This document shows positions 1 to 11,136 of a stretch of 45,006 bases of DNA, in pieces. Each line of letters starts with the position of its first letter. The stretch's first letter is position 1. Source of the DNA: Opitutales bacterium (GTDB lineage: Bacteria; Verrucomicrobiota; Verrucomicrobiia; Opitutales; Seribacteraceae). The translations under genes were made by a program, and so were the position numbers. A model generated the notes under the pieces. The model saw nothing but the letters and a program-made list of their open reading frames with translations. It searched no databases and was not told the origin of the DNA. The stretch is taken from contig JAYQBI010000001.1 in assembly GCA_038137235.1 (NCBI GenBank), positions 1 to 45,006 on the forward strand, read 5' to 3'.

Positions 1-413
1 TTACCAACCTGGTCCCGGAATTCATCATAAATGTGCTCTTTCTCGAATTGCCGTAATCTTTGCTTGATCGCCTGCTCTGCAGTTTTTGCAGCGATTCTAC
101 CCAAATAAGCAGGGTCCATTTCCCTTTCGACAACATCACCGATCACAGGACTCTCGGCATAAAGCCTAGCCTTATCAATGTGGATTTCCCGGGCAGTGTC
201 CGCAACCGATTCCACAACCGTGAGTAAGGTCCAAGCCTGAAGAGACCCTGACTTAGGGTTAATTTCAACTCTTACCTCACTGGGCAGAGAGTTCGCACCT
301 CCCCTTTCTGCCGCCGCTTTGATGGCGTTTTCGATCGTGGTAATCATATCTGGACGACTGATACCCTTTTCTTTTTCCATGTATTCTAGGACTGCGAGTA
401 TTTCGCTGCTCAT
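1..413 (-). CDS. nusA: Transcription termination/antitermination factor NusA, 5' part (runs off the window edge)
   Basis: Not in the ORF track; manual translation from ATG 413 gives [35 protein letters not shown]...[34 protein letters not shown], matching the NusA N-terminal domain. Confidence 0.95.
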   Translation of the reverse strand, partial: MSSEILAVLEYMEKEKGISRPDMITTIENAIKAAAERGGANSLPSEVRVEINPKSGSLQAWTLLTVVESVADTAREIHIDKARLYAESPVIGDVVEREMDPAYLGRIAAKTAEQAIKQRLRQFEKEHIYDEFRDQVG

Positions 414-446
414 TGGAAGGAATATTTAATAAGGTTAAAGTTGAAG

Positions 447-475
447 AAAAAAAAAGACGAGCAAGATGCCCGTCC
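447..475 (-). terminator. Intrinsic terminator/attenuator in the nusA 5' leader
   Basis: Minus strand GGACGGGCA-TCT-TGCTCGTCT followed by a run of about 9 U, lying between the promoter and the nusA start. Confidence 0.8.
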
Positions 476-509
476 TCCTGGTGGACTAGACTGTTAATTT
501 GAAGGGTTT

Positions 510-1720
<1,211 letters not shown>

Positions 1721-1738
1721 TCTATCAAATTTCCAGGG

Positions 1739-4417
1739 ATGAACGCTCAGCAAATCCGAAAATCCTTCCTCGACTTTTTTGCCTCTAAAAATCACGAACT
1801 AGTCGCATCGGCTTCCTTGCTTCCCCAATCTCCCAATCTCATGTTCACCAATGCGGGCATGAATCAGTTCGTACCCTACTTTCTTGGCGATCAAAAATCA
1901 CCTTTTGCCCGAGCTGCAGACAGTCAAAAGTGTATCCGTGCCGGAGGTAAGCACAACGACCTGGAAGATGTGGGAATTGATACATACCACCACACATTTT
2001 TTGAGATGCTTGGAAACTGGTCCTTTGGTGATTATTTCAAAAAAGACGCGATCGAATGGGCCTGGGAACTTCTTGTCGATGTATGGAAATTCCCCTGCGA
2101 ACGGCTTTATGCTACTGTTTACATGCCCGGCAAAGATGAGCCTGCAGACTTCGATCAGGAAGCGTTTGATCTATGGTCTGCAATTTTTGAAAAAGCTGGT
2201 TTAAACCCCTCTTTACATGTGGTCACCGGAGGCAAGAAAGATAATTTTTGGATGATGGGCGAGACCGGTCCATGCGGTCCATGCTCTGAACTTCATCTCG
2301 ACCTGACTCCCGATGGAAACAGCATGGGAAAACTGGTTAATGCGGACTCTCACCTCTGTATCGAAATCTGGAATCTTGTATTCATCCAGTTTAATGCCGA
2401 CAAGGAAGGTAATTTTTCTCCTCTGTCCGCCAAGCACGTGGATACCGGAATGGGCTTTGAGCGTGTTGCTGCAGTCATGCAGGCAACCAAGCAATTTACT
2501 GATTTTTCCAAACCCGCGTCCAACTACGACACAGATGTATTTTTGCCTCTATTTGATAAACTCGCCGAATTGTCAGGGAAAACTTATCAGTCTACTCTTC
2601 CTGTAGACGGAAAGCCAGCAAACCAACAGGAAGAGATAGATATTGCATTTCGGGTTATCGCAGATCATCTGCGTGCACTATCTTTTTCCATCGCAGATGG
2701 AATCTTGCCAGGTAACAGCGATCGGAATTATGTGTTACGCAGAATTCTACGCAGGGCAATTCGCTACGGAAGAACACTTGGATTCTCTCAGCCCTTTTTC
2801 TATAAATTGGCACCGGTGTTGGTCAATCAAATGGGGGATTTCTTCCCCGAACTCAAAAACCGGGAAGAACTGATTGTAAAAACCCTCAGGTCAGAGGAGG
2901 AATCCTTTAACAAAACCCTGGATCGGGGAATTGATTTGTTTACCAGCGAAACAGAGAAAAAAACTGAAGGTGATTCTTTATCGGGTAAATTCGCCTTCAA
3001 ATTATATGATACCTACGGATTTCCGCTCGATCTAACAGAATTAATGGCGAGAGAACGGGGATTAATTGTTGATCATTCTGAATTTGAGGAGGAAATGAAT
3101 GCCCAAAAGCAACGGGCCCGAGAAGCACACAAATCTACAGATATTTTAGTTAGTGAGGATTCTGATTCTGACGAGGCCACATTTTTTTGCGGATATGAAC
3201 TTTCCAACCTTTCCGAATTCGAGGCAATTTGTACCGATTTGATTGATCAGGATGAGGATTGTTTTCTCGTTTTTGAACAAACTCCATTTTATGCGGAAAT
3301 GGGCGGACAAGTTGCCGACATAGGCACTGTTCAATTTGAAGGGAAATCCCTGAAGGTAGAAAATGTGATTAAGGATAAAAGTGGCCGGTTTCTTCATCAG
3401 GTTAAAAGCATACCTGATTCTAAAAAAATGGTTGGACAAAAACTCACGATCAATGTGGATTTTGAAAGAAGACTGGCGATCCAGCGTCATCATACCGCCA
3501 CTCATGTCCTCCACTGGTCTTTAAGGCAAGTGCTCGGGGACCATGTTCGGCAGGCTGGTTCCTTGGTTGAAAGCGACCGTTTGCGTTTTGATTTTTCTCA
3601 TTTCGAAGCAGTTTCTCATGATCAACTTCAAGCCATCGAAAAATTATCAAATGAGAAATTGCTAGTTAATGACCAGGTCAAAACCTATGAGATTCCATTT
3701 TCAGAAAAGCCAGAAGGCGTGATTGCTTTTTTCGGTGACAAATATGGCGATCTTGTGCGGGTTGTAGATATCGGGGGCTGGAGTCAGGAACTTTGTGGAG
3801 GTACTCATACTGGATCAGCGGGAGAGATTGGTTCGATCAGGATAATTTCTGAGTCCGCGATATCAGCGGGCGTCAGACGGATCGAAGCTGTGGCTGGGTT
3901 TTCTGCCTATACTTGGGCAAATGAACGGGTAAATCATTACAACCGGCTCCTTCAACAGTTCTCTTGTAAACCAGATGAGCTATCCGAAAAAATCGACCAA
4001 TTTCAGAGAAAAACCAAAGAACTGGAAAAAAAAGTACGTGCATTTGAGCAAAAAGGTCAGGCTGGATTAGCAGAAGATTTGCTGAAAAATGCCAAAGAAA
4101 AAAATGGGATTAATCTAATTATTGGACAGGTCCAAAACTTACCACCCAATGATTTGCGTTCCCTCGCCGCCCAAGTAAATAAGCGATGTAATCCATCTGT
4201 CGTTTTACTTGCTTCAGAAAAAGACGATAAATGCTCGATGGTCTGCATTTGTTCACCCCAAGCGGTAGAAGCGGGACATCTTGCTGGATCATACCTGAGC
4301 GAACTTGCTTCGAAACTTGAGGGTAAAGGAGGTGGCAAGCCCGACTTTGCCATGGGTGGAGCTTCCGCGGATAAAGGACTTGCTCAAGCCCTGGCGTCAC
4401 ATTCCATTAACTCCTAA
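1739..4417 (+). CDS. alaS: Alanine--tRNA ligase
   Basis: FTNAGMNQF, HHTFFEMLGNWSFGDYFK, DTGMGFER, HHTATH and ELCGGTH editing motifs, C-terminal GKGGGKPDFAMGG. Confidence 0.99.
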   Translation: MNAQQIRKSFLDFFASKNHELVASASLLPQSPNLMFTNAGMNQFVPYFLGDQKSPFARAADSQKCIRAGGKHNDLEDVGIDTYHHTFFEMLGNWSFGDYFKKDAIEWAWELLVDVWKFPCERLYATVYMPGKDEPADFDQEAFDLWSAIFEKAGLNPSLHVVTGGKKDNFWMMGETGPCGPCSELHLDLTPDGNSMGKLVNADSHLCIEIWNLVFIQFNADKEGNFSPLSAKHVDTGMGFERVAAVMQATKQFTDFSKPASNYDTDVFLPLFDKLAELSGKTYQSTLPVDGKPANQQEEIDIAFRVIADHLRALSFSIADGILPGNSDRNYVLRRILRRAIRYGRTLGFSQPFFYKLAPVLVNQMGDFFPELKNREELIVKTLRSEEESFNKTLDRGIDLFTSETEKKTEGDSLSGKFAFKLYDTYGFPLDLTELMARERGLIVDHSEFEEEMNAQKQRAREAHKSTDILVSEDSDSDEATFFCGYELSNLSEFEAICTDLIDQDEDCFLVFEQTPFYAEMGGQVADIGTVQFEGKSLKVENVIKDKSGRFLHQVKSIPDSKKMVGQKLTINVDFERRLAIQRHHTATHVLHWSLRQVLGDHVRQAGSLVESDRLRFDFSHFEAVSHDQLQAIEKLSNEKLLVNDQVKTYEIPFSEKPEGVIAFFGDKYGDLVRVVDIGGWSQELCGGTHTGSAGEIGSIRIISESAISAGVRRIEAVAGFSAYTWANERVNHYNRLLQQFSCKPDELSEKIDQFQRKTKELEKKVRAFEQKGQAGLAEDLLKNAKEKNGINLIIGQVQNLPPNDLRSLAAQVNKRCNPSVVLLASEKDDKCSMVCICSPQAVEAGHLAGSYLSELASKLEGKGGGKPDFAMGGASADKGLAQALASHSINS

Positions 4418-4427
4418 TTTTTAAGGG

Positions 4428-6893
4428 GTGAGGCTTCGTATCTTGCTCCCTCCCACCCTCGCTGGCTGCGTTCAGCGAAACGCAATACCGGCAAAAGTTG
4501 AATTGGAAAAAAGCAGTGGTGAGCGCTTACCACCGGAAAAATGTAAAATGGAAGACTTGTCAGACTTGCCTGATTCCGAACGGTCTGCCCTTTTTGCTCT
4601 CTCCCAATGGTGTGGTGGAAAGCTCTCTTCTTTTTTACAGCTTGATCTCTTACAAACCGCCGAACTTATTAAGCTGCTGGATCAGAGTGATTGCTTTTTT
4701 CCTGCAAACTCTCCGGATAGCCCAATTCAGTGGGAAGGCACACAGCTTGCTGGAGTAAGTAAATACCTACCGGATAAACCGCAGAAGCAAAGCCCCCGAA
4801 AAGTACGAGAAATTAAGGAGGAAGAGAACTCCACGGAGGCAGAGTATTCAACGAAGAAAGAGGTTGTTTATAACGGCCCACCCATTGAAGTCGAGGGCTC
4901 AACTGAATATTTGCGGATCATTCTGCCCGGCGCCGAACACCCTGCTTACTCAGAGGTACTCAGGTTACTCAGGGAATCAAATTTTATAAGAGATCGTTCT
5001 CACCGCCATTGGTGGTGGCTAAGGGATGCTTCCAAGGTGCTCGACTTTCTCGCCACTCACCAGGAAGAACTCAAACTTGATTACGAAGCAGTGTTTACCG
5101 AGAATTTTCGTAAGCACACCGCTTTTATTAAACCTGCTCTTTTACACATAAGTGCAAAAGAAAATCTAGAAGACGATCAAATCAATGTAAGAATCGAAGC
5201 TGGAGATACCCCCATAGAATTGATTGAACAGGCTCTTGCTACTGGCAGAAATCACTTTAAGCACGGTAAAACCACCTATTTACTGACCCGAGAATTAAGA
5301 GCAAAAACCGCCCATATTCAAAGACAGGCATCCGGGCAGGCAGATGCTCCCCTACTTGCTCAGTCCACCCACTCCATTTCACGCTTTGAATCGACCACGA
5401 TGGAGGAATTTTTCATTGAAGCAGACCCCCGCTTTCGTTCCCCATCCAATTGGAAAAAACGCGGACTTGCCCTGCGTGATCTATCCACGCTCAATCCCCC
5501 AAAGCCAATGGATGGATTGGAAGCTGTTCTTCGCCCCTATCAATTGCTGGGCACAGCCTGGATGCTTCATTTATTTGATCATGGACTGGGAGGAATTCTC
5601 GCCGATGAAATGGGTCTTGGTAAAACCCTCCAGACCCTCGCACTTCTCTCCTGTCTCCGGCAACGGAGCGGAACCGCCAAAACCTCGTTGGTTGTTTGCC
5701 CCGCTTCCTTGGTGGAAAACTGGAAGCGGGAAACTGAACGGTTCTGTCCCTCTTTTTCTGTTTATTCCCACCATGGACCCAACCGCTCAACCACACCTGC
5801 TTATTTGGGAAAGTTTGATTTGGTCATCACCTCCTATGGGACTCTGACCCGGGATTTGGATATGTTTACTGACTTTCCCTTTCTTTGTGTGATTGGAGAC
5901 GAAGCCCAGCACCTCAAAAATAGACGAACCCAAAACGCCAAGTCCACATCCTCACTATCTTCTGAGGGTAGAATGCTCCTCACCGGTACTCCCATCGAAA
6001 ACAGTGTCTCCGACCTTCTTTCCCTGCTTGAATTTCTCCTCCCCGGAGCACATCCCAAGCTCCCAGATGGGTCCCGCGGAGAAGAACGGCTCTGGCATGA
6101 ACAACGAATTCTCAAACAAGCGGCTCCCTATATTCTTCGCCGTTCCAAGCAAGCAGTCGCACCTGAACTCCCAGAAAAGATTGAGCAAGTTCTTTATCTC
6201 AATCTAACCCCAGATCAAAAAGAATGCTATGAAAAGGTCAGGCAATCTGCAGAAAGTGAATTAGATAAGATGATGGATGCGGGGGCCAATGATGGAGCGA
6301 TTAGAATGAAAACACTAACCCAGCTCCTTAGGTTGCGCCAAACATGCTGCGATCCCCGATTGATTGATCCTGATTTTGAAAGCAATCGATCATGTAAGAT
6401 GAACGCTTTTCGTGAACTCTTGTACAATTCACTGGAAGGTGGCCATCGCATGCTGGTTTTTTCCCAATTTGTCAAAGTACTCAAATTACTAAGGGATGAG
6501 CTGGAAGCTGCCTCTTTACCGTTTTGCTATTTAGATGGCTCATCCTCTGACCGAATGAAGCAAGTCGATCGTTTTCAGGAAGATGAAAATATTCCGGTCT
6601 TTCTAATTTCGTTAAAAGCAGGAGGTACCGGGTTAAACCTTACTGGTGCAGATGTAGTCGTACATTTTGACCCATGGTGGAATCCAGCAGCTGAGGCACA
6701 GGCAACTGACCGTGCCCATCGTATAGGTCAGAAAAAACAGGTAACGGTATATAAATTGATTACTTCCGGCACAGTTGAGGAAAAAGTGCTCGATCTTCAG
6801 CGGGAAAAAAGAAAGTTACTGGAGCAGGTTTTTGAAGAATCTGAAGTTGCTAATTTATCGCTATCCGTTGATGACCTTCGGCAATTGATTTAA
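4428..6893 (+). CDS. SNF2-family (SF2) ATPase/helicase-like protein
   Basis: LRPYQ, ILADEMGLGKT, DEAQHLKN, LTGTPIEN, LISLKAGGTGLNLTGAD, QATDRAHRIGQ. Confidence 0.95.
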   Translation: MRLRILLPPTLAGCVQRNAIPAKVELEKSSGERLPPEKCKMEDLSDLPDSERSALFALSQWCGGKLSSFLQLDLLQTAELIKLLDQSDCFFPANSPDSPIQWEGTQLAGVSKYLPDKPQKQSPRKVREIKEEENSTEAEYSTKKEVVYNGPPIEVEGSTEYLRIILPGAEHPAYSEVLRLLRESNFIRDRSHRHWWWLRDASKVLDFLATHQEELKLDYEAVFTENFRKHTAFIKPALLHISAKENLEDDQINVRIEAGDTPIELIEQALATGRNHFKHGKTTYLLTRELRAKTAHIQRQASGQADAPLLAQSTHSISRFESTTMEEFFIEADPRFRSPSNWKKRGLALRDLSTLNPPKPMDGLEAVLRPYQLLGTAWMLHLFDHGLGGILADEMGLGKTLQTLALLSCLRQRSGTAKTSLVVCPASLVENWKRETERFCPSFSVYSHHGPNRSTTPAYLGKFDLVITSYGTLTRDLDMFTDFPFLCVIGDEAQHLKNRRTQNAKSTSSLSSEGRMLLTGTPIENSVSDLLSLLEFLLPGAHPKLPDGSRGEERLWHEQRILKQAAPYILRRSKQAVAPELPEKIEQVLYLNLTPDQKECYEKVRQSAESELDKMMDAGANDGAIRMKTLTQLLRLRQTCCDPRLIDPDFESNRSCKMNAFRELLYNSLEGGHRMLVFSQFVKVLKLLRDELEAASLPFCYLDGSSSDRMKQVDRFQEDENIPVFLISLKAGGTGLNLTGADVVVHFDPWWNPAAEAQATDRAHRIGQKKQVTVYKLITSGTVEEKVLDLQREKRKLLEQVFEESEVANLSLSVDDLRQLI

Positions 6894-6960
6894 TCGATAC
6901 TTGAGCTTGCCTAGCCCTATTTCGTTTTCATTGACAATTTTTGTCATGCGGTAAAAAACA

Positions 6961-7593
6961 TTGTTCGTGAAGTCATCCTTTTTTGTCCTTTCCATTTTCC
7001 TGTTTTGTTCTTCCTTTTGTTGGAGCAAAACCAGACTAGGGAATTACTATGTGGGCTTTGGGGTTGGAAGGTTTGATCATCCAAGCCAACGGGTGGATGT
7101 AAATGGAACGAGACAGTTCAAGGAAATGGATGGGGTAATTTTCGATGTGGATCTCAATCTTCCTCTTTCTCATGCGTTCGATTTCAACCTGAATTTTGCC
7201 AGGAGTGATTTTTCGGACGATAATTTTTCAATGCACCACAACCAACTAGATGGTGCCCTTTTTTACAGCATGCACTTCCTTGAGAGAAAGACTGGTTTCT
7301 TACTGCCATATGTTGGTCTGGGCTTACAATACTCTGAGACAAAGGATGATAAAGCTCGGTACGCAGGAAAACTTCACACTGGTGCTGAATTTTATTTAAG
7401 TGAATCTCTTACTTTCACCCCGCGCATCAGCTATGTTAACTCATTTATGGATTTGAATAAGAATCACTTCGAGGTCGATCTATCCCTAACCTGGCTGGCG
7501 ATGAAAAGGCACGCCCTTGCCCTGCGTTTTTCAAAAAATGTGGAAGTCCAATCCTCCACTATCGGATTACAATACTTACATTCGTGGCTCTAA
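6961..7593 (+). CDS. Small outer-membrane beta-barrel protein (OmpA-like TM domain family)
   Basis: Signal peptide, alternating aromatic/polar strands (YYVGFGVG, PYVGLGLQY, GAEFYL); 210 aa. Confidence 0.7.
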   Translation: MFVKSSFFVLSIFLFCSSFCWSKTRLGNYYVGFGVGRFDHPSQRVDVNGTRQFKEMDGVIFDVDLNLPLSHAFDFNLNFARSDFSDDNFSMHHNQLDGALFYSMHFLERKTGFLLPYVGLGLQYSETKDDKARYAGKLHTGAEFYLSESLTFTPRISYVNSFMDLNKNHFEVDLSLTWLAMKRHALALRFSKNVEVQSSTIGLQYLHSWL

Positions 7594-7598
7594 CCACA

Positions 7599-7634
7599 AT
7601 TCACAAAGAATTACCAAAATTTCTTTGCTTGAAT
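7599..7634. terminator. Weak AT-rich hairpin between the convergent barrel gene and ftsZ
   Basis: ATTCA-CAAAGAA...TTCTTTG-CT-TGAAT inverted repeat. Confidence 0.35.
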
Positions 7635-7640
7635 AATAAT

Positions 7641-8921
7641 TTACAAAGTGATTTGCACCCCTCTTCGTAGATAGGTGGGAACATCCAAGTCCTCCCCCTC
7701 ATACATATTTCGGTTGGGGAGATCATCAAAAATACCTCGCTGGTTTTTATCTTCCATAAATGAGAAGGTATTCTGTTCCAGAGGCTCAGATTTTTTCTTG
7801 TTCCTGTTATTTGTGGATGTGACCTTCTTTGTATCATTTTTTTTCAGGGAAAGCCGAGATGGATGTGCCTGTTTCTGAACTGTCGTTACCTCAAAAACTT
7901 CCTGGGAGGGAGACACATCCGCAATTTTTCGATCGGAGCCTAAATCAGCAGCACCAAGCACAGTTATGCGAACCTCATCACCCATATTTTCATCAACATG
8001 TGCGCCAAAGACTACCTGGTCTCCTGCTTTGAATGCTTCGCGAATTTCCTGGGAAGCAGATTGAAGGGCAGACATCCCAAGGCTTGGCCCACCGTTAATA
8101 AAGATGAGGAGAATATCAGCCGCTTTTGAAACTTCAGGTAAATGTAACATCGGACAAACCAGCAGCTCTCTCATTGCTTCCCGTAAACCATCCTTTCCAG
8201 CCCCCTTACCATATCCAAAAAGTGTCCGGCCCGCACGACCACCAAATGCTTTTCGCAAGTGAGCAAAATCTACATCAATCATACCTTTTCGGAAGATAAG
8301 GTTGCAAATTGCAGAAATCCCGCGGCTTACATTTCTGCCCGCTTCGGCAAAGCACTCCAGTGCGGTTGCATCAGGCCCCCCCAACTGTAACAGCGAATCG
8401 TTTGGTAAAGGCACAACGGCATTGGCGTGTTTGCGTAAATCCTCAAGGCAATTCTCTGCCTGTGCATGCCTAGATTTTTCCCAACTAAATGGCATCGGCA
8501 CAAATGCAAAAACCAGGGCACCATGATCCCTGGCTAATCTGGCAACCACAGGTGATACTCCCCCACCTGTTCCACCGCCCAAGCCCGCGAGGAGAAAGAC
8601 CAGATCAACCCCGTCAAGTTTTTCGCGCAATTTATCTTTTTCCTCTTCAATTGCACGGCGGGCAAGGTTTATATCCCCACCCGTACCCATACCTCTTGTA
8701 TGACGTCTGCCAAATGATAACTTTTCTGCAGCCAAGGAGTCAGAAAGTGCTCTAACATCTACATCAACGACTAGGCTTTGCACATAATCAAAGTTATCAA
8801 ACCGTAATCCATCCACCAGCGAAATCCCCGCTCCGCCTACTCCAATAATCATAGCCCGCAAACCGGGAGCATCCTGTGAATTTGAATTGATCGATGGTTC
8901 TAGGAAGTTTTCTTGAATCAT
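7641..8921 (-). CDS. ftsZ: Cell division protein FtsZ (divergent GTPase motifs)
   Basis: GVGGAG, AGLGGGTGGG, PNDSLL, C-terminal peptide DLDVPTYLRR; last gene of the dcw cluster. Confidence 0.95.
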   Translation of the reverse strand: MIQENFLEPSINSNSQDAPGLRAMIIGVGGAGISLVDGLRFDNFDYVQSLVVDVDVRALSDSLAAEKLSFGRRHTRGMGTGGDINLARRAIEEEKDKLREKLDGVDLVFLLAGLGGGTGGGVSPVVARLARDHGALVFAFVPMPFSWEKSRHAQAENCLEDLRKHANAVVPLPNDSLLQLGGPDATALECFAEAGRNVSRGISAICNLIFRKGMIDVDFAHLRKAFGGRAGRTLFGYGKGAGKDGLREAMRELLVCPMLHLPEVSKAADILLIFINGGPSLGMSALQSASQEIREAFKAGDQVVFGAHVDENMGDEVRITVLGAADLGSDRKIADVSPSQEVFEVTTVQKQAHPSRLSLKKNDTKKVTSTNNRNKKKSEPLEQNTFSFMEDKNQRGIFDDLPNRNMYEGEDLDVPTYLRRGVQITL

Positions 8922-8971
8922 ATCATGAGGGGCTTATTTGTTTTGTCTACGCTTTCAAAAATTCATTTTAA

Positions 8972-10177
8972 CTAGATTCCAAGCAACCCGCCGATTTTAC
9001 TGAAGATTCCGGGCTTCTCATTATTCTTTGGCTGACCGGGCAATCGATGATCTTCCAATCCATAGTGTAATAGACCAAGCACTGTAGCGTTTTCCGGTTG
9101 GGCAAGATCTTTCCCAATCCCGGATGGAAAAATTCCTTTTCTAGCAGGAACTCCCAAAATAGTGTGAGCCACTTGCTCAATACCAGGAAGTCGGGATCCA
9201 CCTCCGGTAAGAATTACTCCTGCACCCAAATCATCCGGGTTTAATAAATCTCCCAATTCTTTGGCAATAATTTCAAATAATTCAACCACCCGGACATGCA
9301 CAATACTTGTAATCGCTTTTCTGGAAACAGCACGGTCACCAATAGTCTTTTCATTAGTCATCCATACTTTTTCATCTTCAGATAATGGATCTGGCTGGGC
9401 TAATCCATATGCCAATTTTAATTTTTCCGCATAAGGTTCAAATACTCGTAATCCCATGGCAAGGTCTCCTGTAATATGATCTCCTCCAACCGGAATTACC
9501 CCTGTATAGACTACATGCCCGCTCCGATAAATCGCCAGGTCAGTAACCCCGGCCCCTAAATCAATGACTAAAACACCAGCTCTTTTCAAGTCAGGCCCTG
9601 CCACGAGAGTGGATGACGCAATGGATGACAAAATCAAATCGTCGACCTCCATTCCATAATTGTTGGCAACATCAAGATTCGCACGGATGGCAGAGTCATT
9701 ACCCTCGATTGCCCAGTAAACAATCTCAACTTTCTTTCCGATCATACCAACCGGATCATCAACTGGCCGACCATCAAGAAGAATAGGCATTCTTACATAG
9801 TGAACATAAGATCTACCCTCCCCCGGTTGCCTTCTTTTCGCTTCATCAGCAGCTCTTTGTAAATCTGAAGCGGAAACCCTCAAATCAGAGGATGAAACAT
9901 TTGCACTGGCCCGTAGGACAGATGCACTAAGGTGAGCACCTGTTTGGGCAAGATAAATTGAATCGACCGTGGTACCAGACATCTTTTCAGCTTCAGCCAA
10001 TGCAGTGTGGACGGATGTTGCCACCTTCTGAAAGTCCACAATTTCCCCTTTTCTCATTCCTTCATTTGGCCTTGTTGCCATGCCAACAATGCTGAGAGAC
10101 TTCCCCTCTGCTACTTCACCAACAACTGCCTTTGCCTTGGATGTTCCGATTTCAACTGCTCCGATGATCTTGCTCAT
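8972..10177 (-). CDS. ftsA: Cell division protein FtsA
   Basis: EIGTSK, GMRKGEIVD, IDLGAGVTD, VGGDHITGDL, LTGGGSRLPG, amphipathic C-terminus IFSKIGGLLGI; start moved to ATG 10177. Confidence 0.95.
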   Translation of the reverse strand: MSKIIGAVEIGTSKAKAVVGEVAEGKSLSIVGMATRPNEGMRKGEIVDFQKVATSVHTALAEAEKMSGTTVDSIYLAQTGAHLSASVLRASANVSSSDLRVSASDLQRAADEAKRRQPGEGRSYVHYVRMPILLDGRPVDDPVGMIGKKVEIVYWAIEGNDSAIRANLDVANNYGMEVDDLILSSIASSTLVAGPDLKRAGVLVIDLGAGVTDLAIYRSGHVVYTGVIPVGGDHITGDLAMGLRVFEPYAEKLKLAYGLAQPDPLSEDEKVWMTNEKTIGDRAVSRKAITSIVHVRVVELFEIIAKELGDLLNPDDLGAGVILTGGGSRLPGIEQVAHTILGVPARKGIFPSGIGKDLAQPENATVLGLLHYGLEDHRLPGQPKNNEKPGIFSKIGGLLGI

Positions 10178-10224
10178 TTTTGATTCAATTGTTGGTGGTG
10201 GTAAGGAAGCGATTCCAGTGTAGT

Positions 10225-11133
10225 TCAAATTTTCGCAAATACGGATCGATCATGGGATAAATCAATCGATCGTATTTTCTTGGATTTTCTAAATTTTGGT
10301 TCCATCAGCAGGTATCGTAGTCTTTTCATCTGATTGGCATAAGAGTTTGGCGAAAACCTAATTTTCCCAATTCTGCCAGATTGAACCAGTACATGAGCAC
10401 CCGCATCCATATCATTAGGCCGCTCATACGAAACAACCCTCCAATCCCTGTACAAATCTGGATACTCACGCCGGGCAAGTTCGAGAAGGGGGGATACTCG
10501 GAGCATGCCCACGAGGGGTTCATACCCTGAATTATCGGGACTTTTCTTCAATTGATTCGGTGAAATTCTTAAGGATGGTAGCATCGCCAGCCTTGATGAA
10601 GAATAACCACTACCTTGATAAAGCATTCCATCCCGTCCTACCAGTAAGTCCTGGTAGCCTTTAACTTTATCCCTTAATCGAAGGACGAGCATTGGCTGGG
10701 GTTCCTGTATAGATATGCTTAAAGTTGATGGAAAAATCCTGCTTATCTTTGCCGATGTTATTTGTGGTTCCTTCAGTAAATCATCATGGAGCTCAGCAAT
10801 ATCCAATTCCATGAGAGTGCGCTTTCTCATCGGACCGAACCAGTTTTTGAACCATTCAGAATTCAGCACACCATTACTGGTAAATACGATGTTTGTTACG
10901 GGGGACGCAACTCCCCTAAATTGAATGATTCCGGAGTTATAATTTAAATTTTTCTCGGAAACAAAAGCAATTAATCCAACCAATCCGAGAACAATCAGTA
11001 GTGAAAATATTTTCAATCCCTGGTTCCAGTGCTTCCGGATGACCGACCTGCTGGCCGACCTTCTTGATTTTTTTTGGACAAGATCCTTCCAGCTGGAAGG
11101 AAGGGATAAATCGGGTGACTTTTTCTTAGGCAT
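10225..11133 (-). CDS. ftsQ: Cell division protein FtsQ/DivIB
   Basis: Basic N-terminus, one TM helix, POTRA-like PQITSAKISRIFPSTLSISIQE; located between ddl and ftsA. Confidence 0.85.
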   Translation of the reverse strand: MPKKKSPDLSLPSSWKDLVQKKSRRSASRSVIRKHWNQGLKIFSLLIVLGLVGLIAFVSEKNLNYNSGIIQFRGVASPVTNIVFTSNGVLNSEWFKNWFGPMRKRTLMELDIAELHDDLLKEPQITSAKISRIFPSTLSISIQEPQPMLVLRLRDKVKGYQDLLVGRDGMLYQGSGYSSSRLAMLPSLRISPNQLKKSPDNSGYEPLVGMLRVSPLLELARREYPDLYRDWRVVSYERPNDMDAGAHVLVQSGRIGKIRFSPNSYANQMKRLRYLLMEPKFRKSKKIRSIDLSHDRSVFAKI

Positions 11134-11136
11134 GAA

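Noticed and set aside
5344-5847. 167-aa same-strand ORF inside the SNF2 gene
   Set aside because: It is in the +1 frame, covers only a fifth of the gene, has no meaningful boundaries and no motifs
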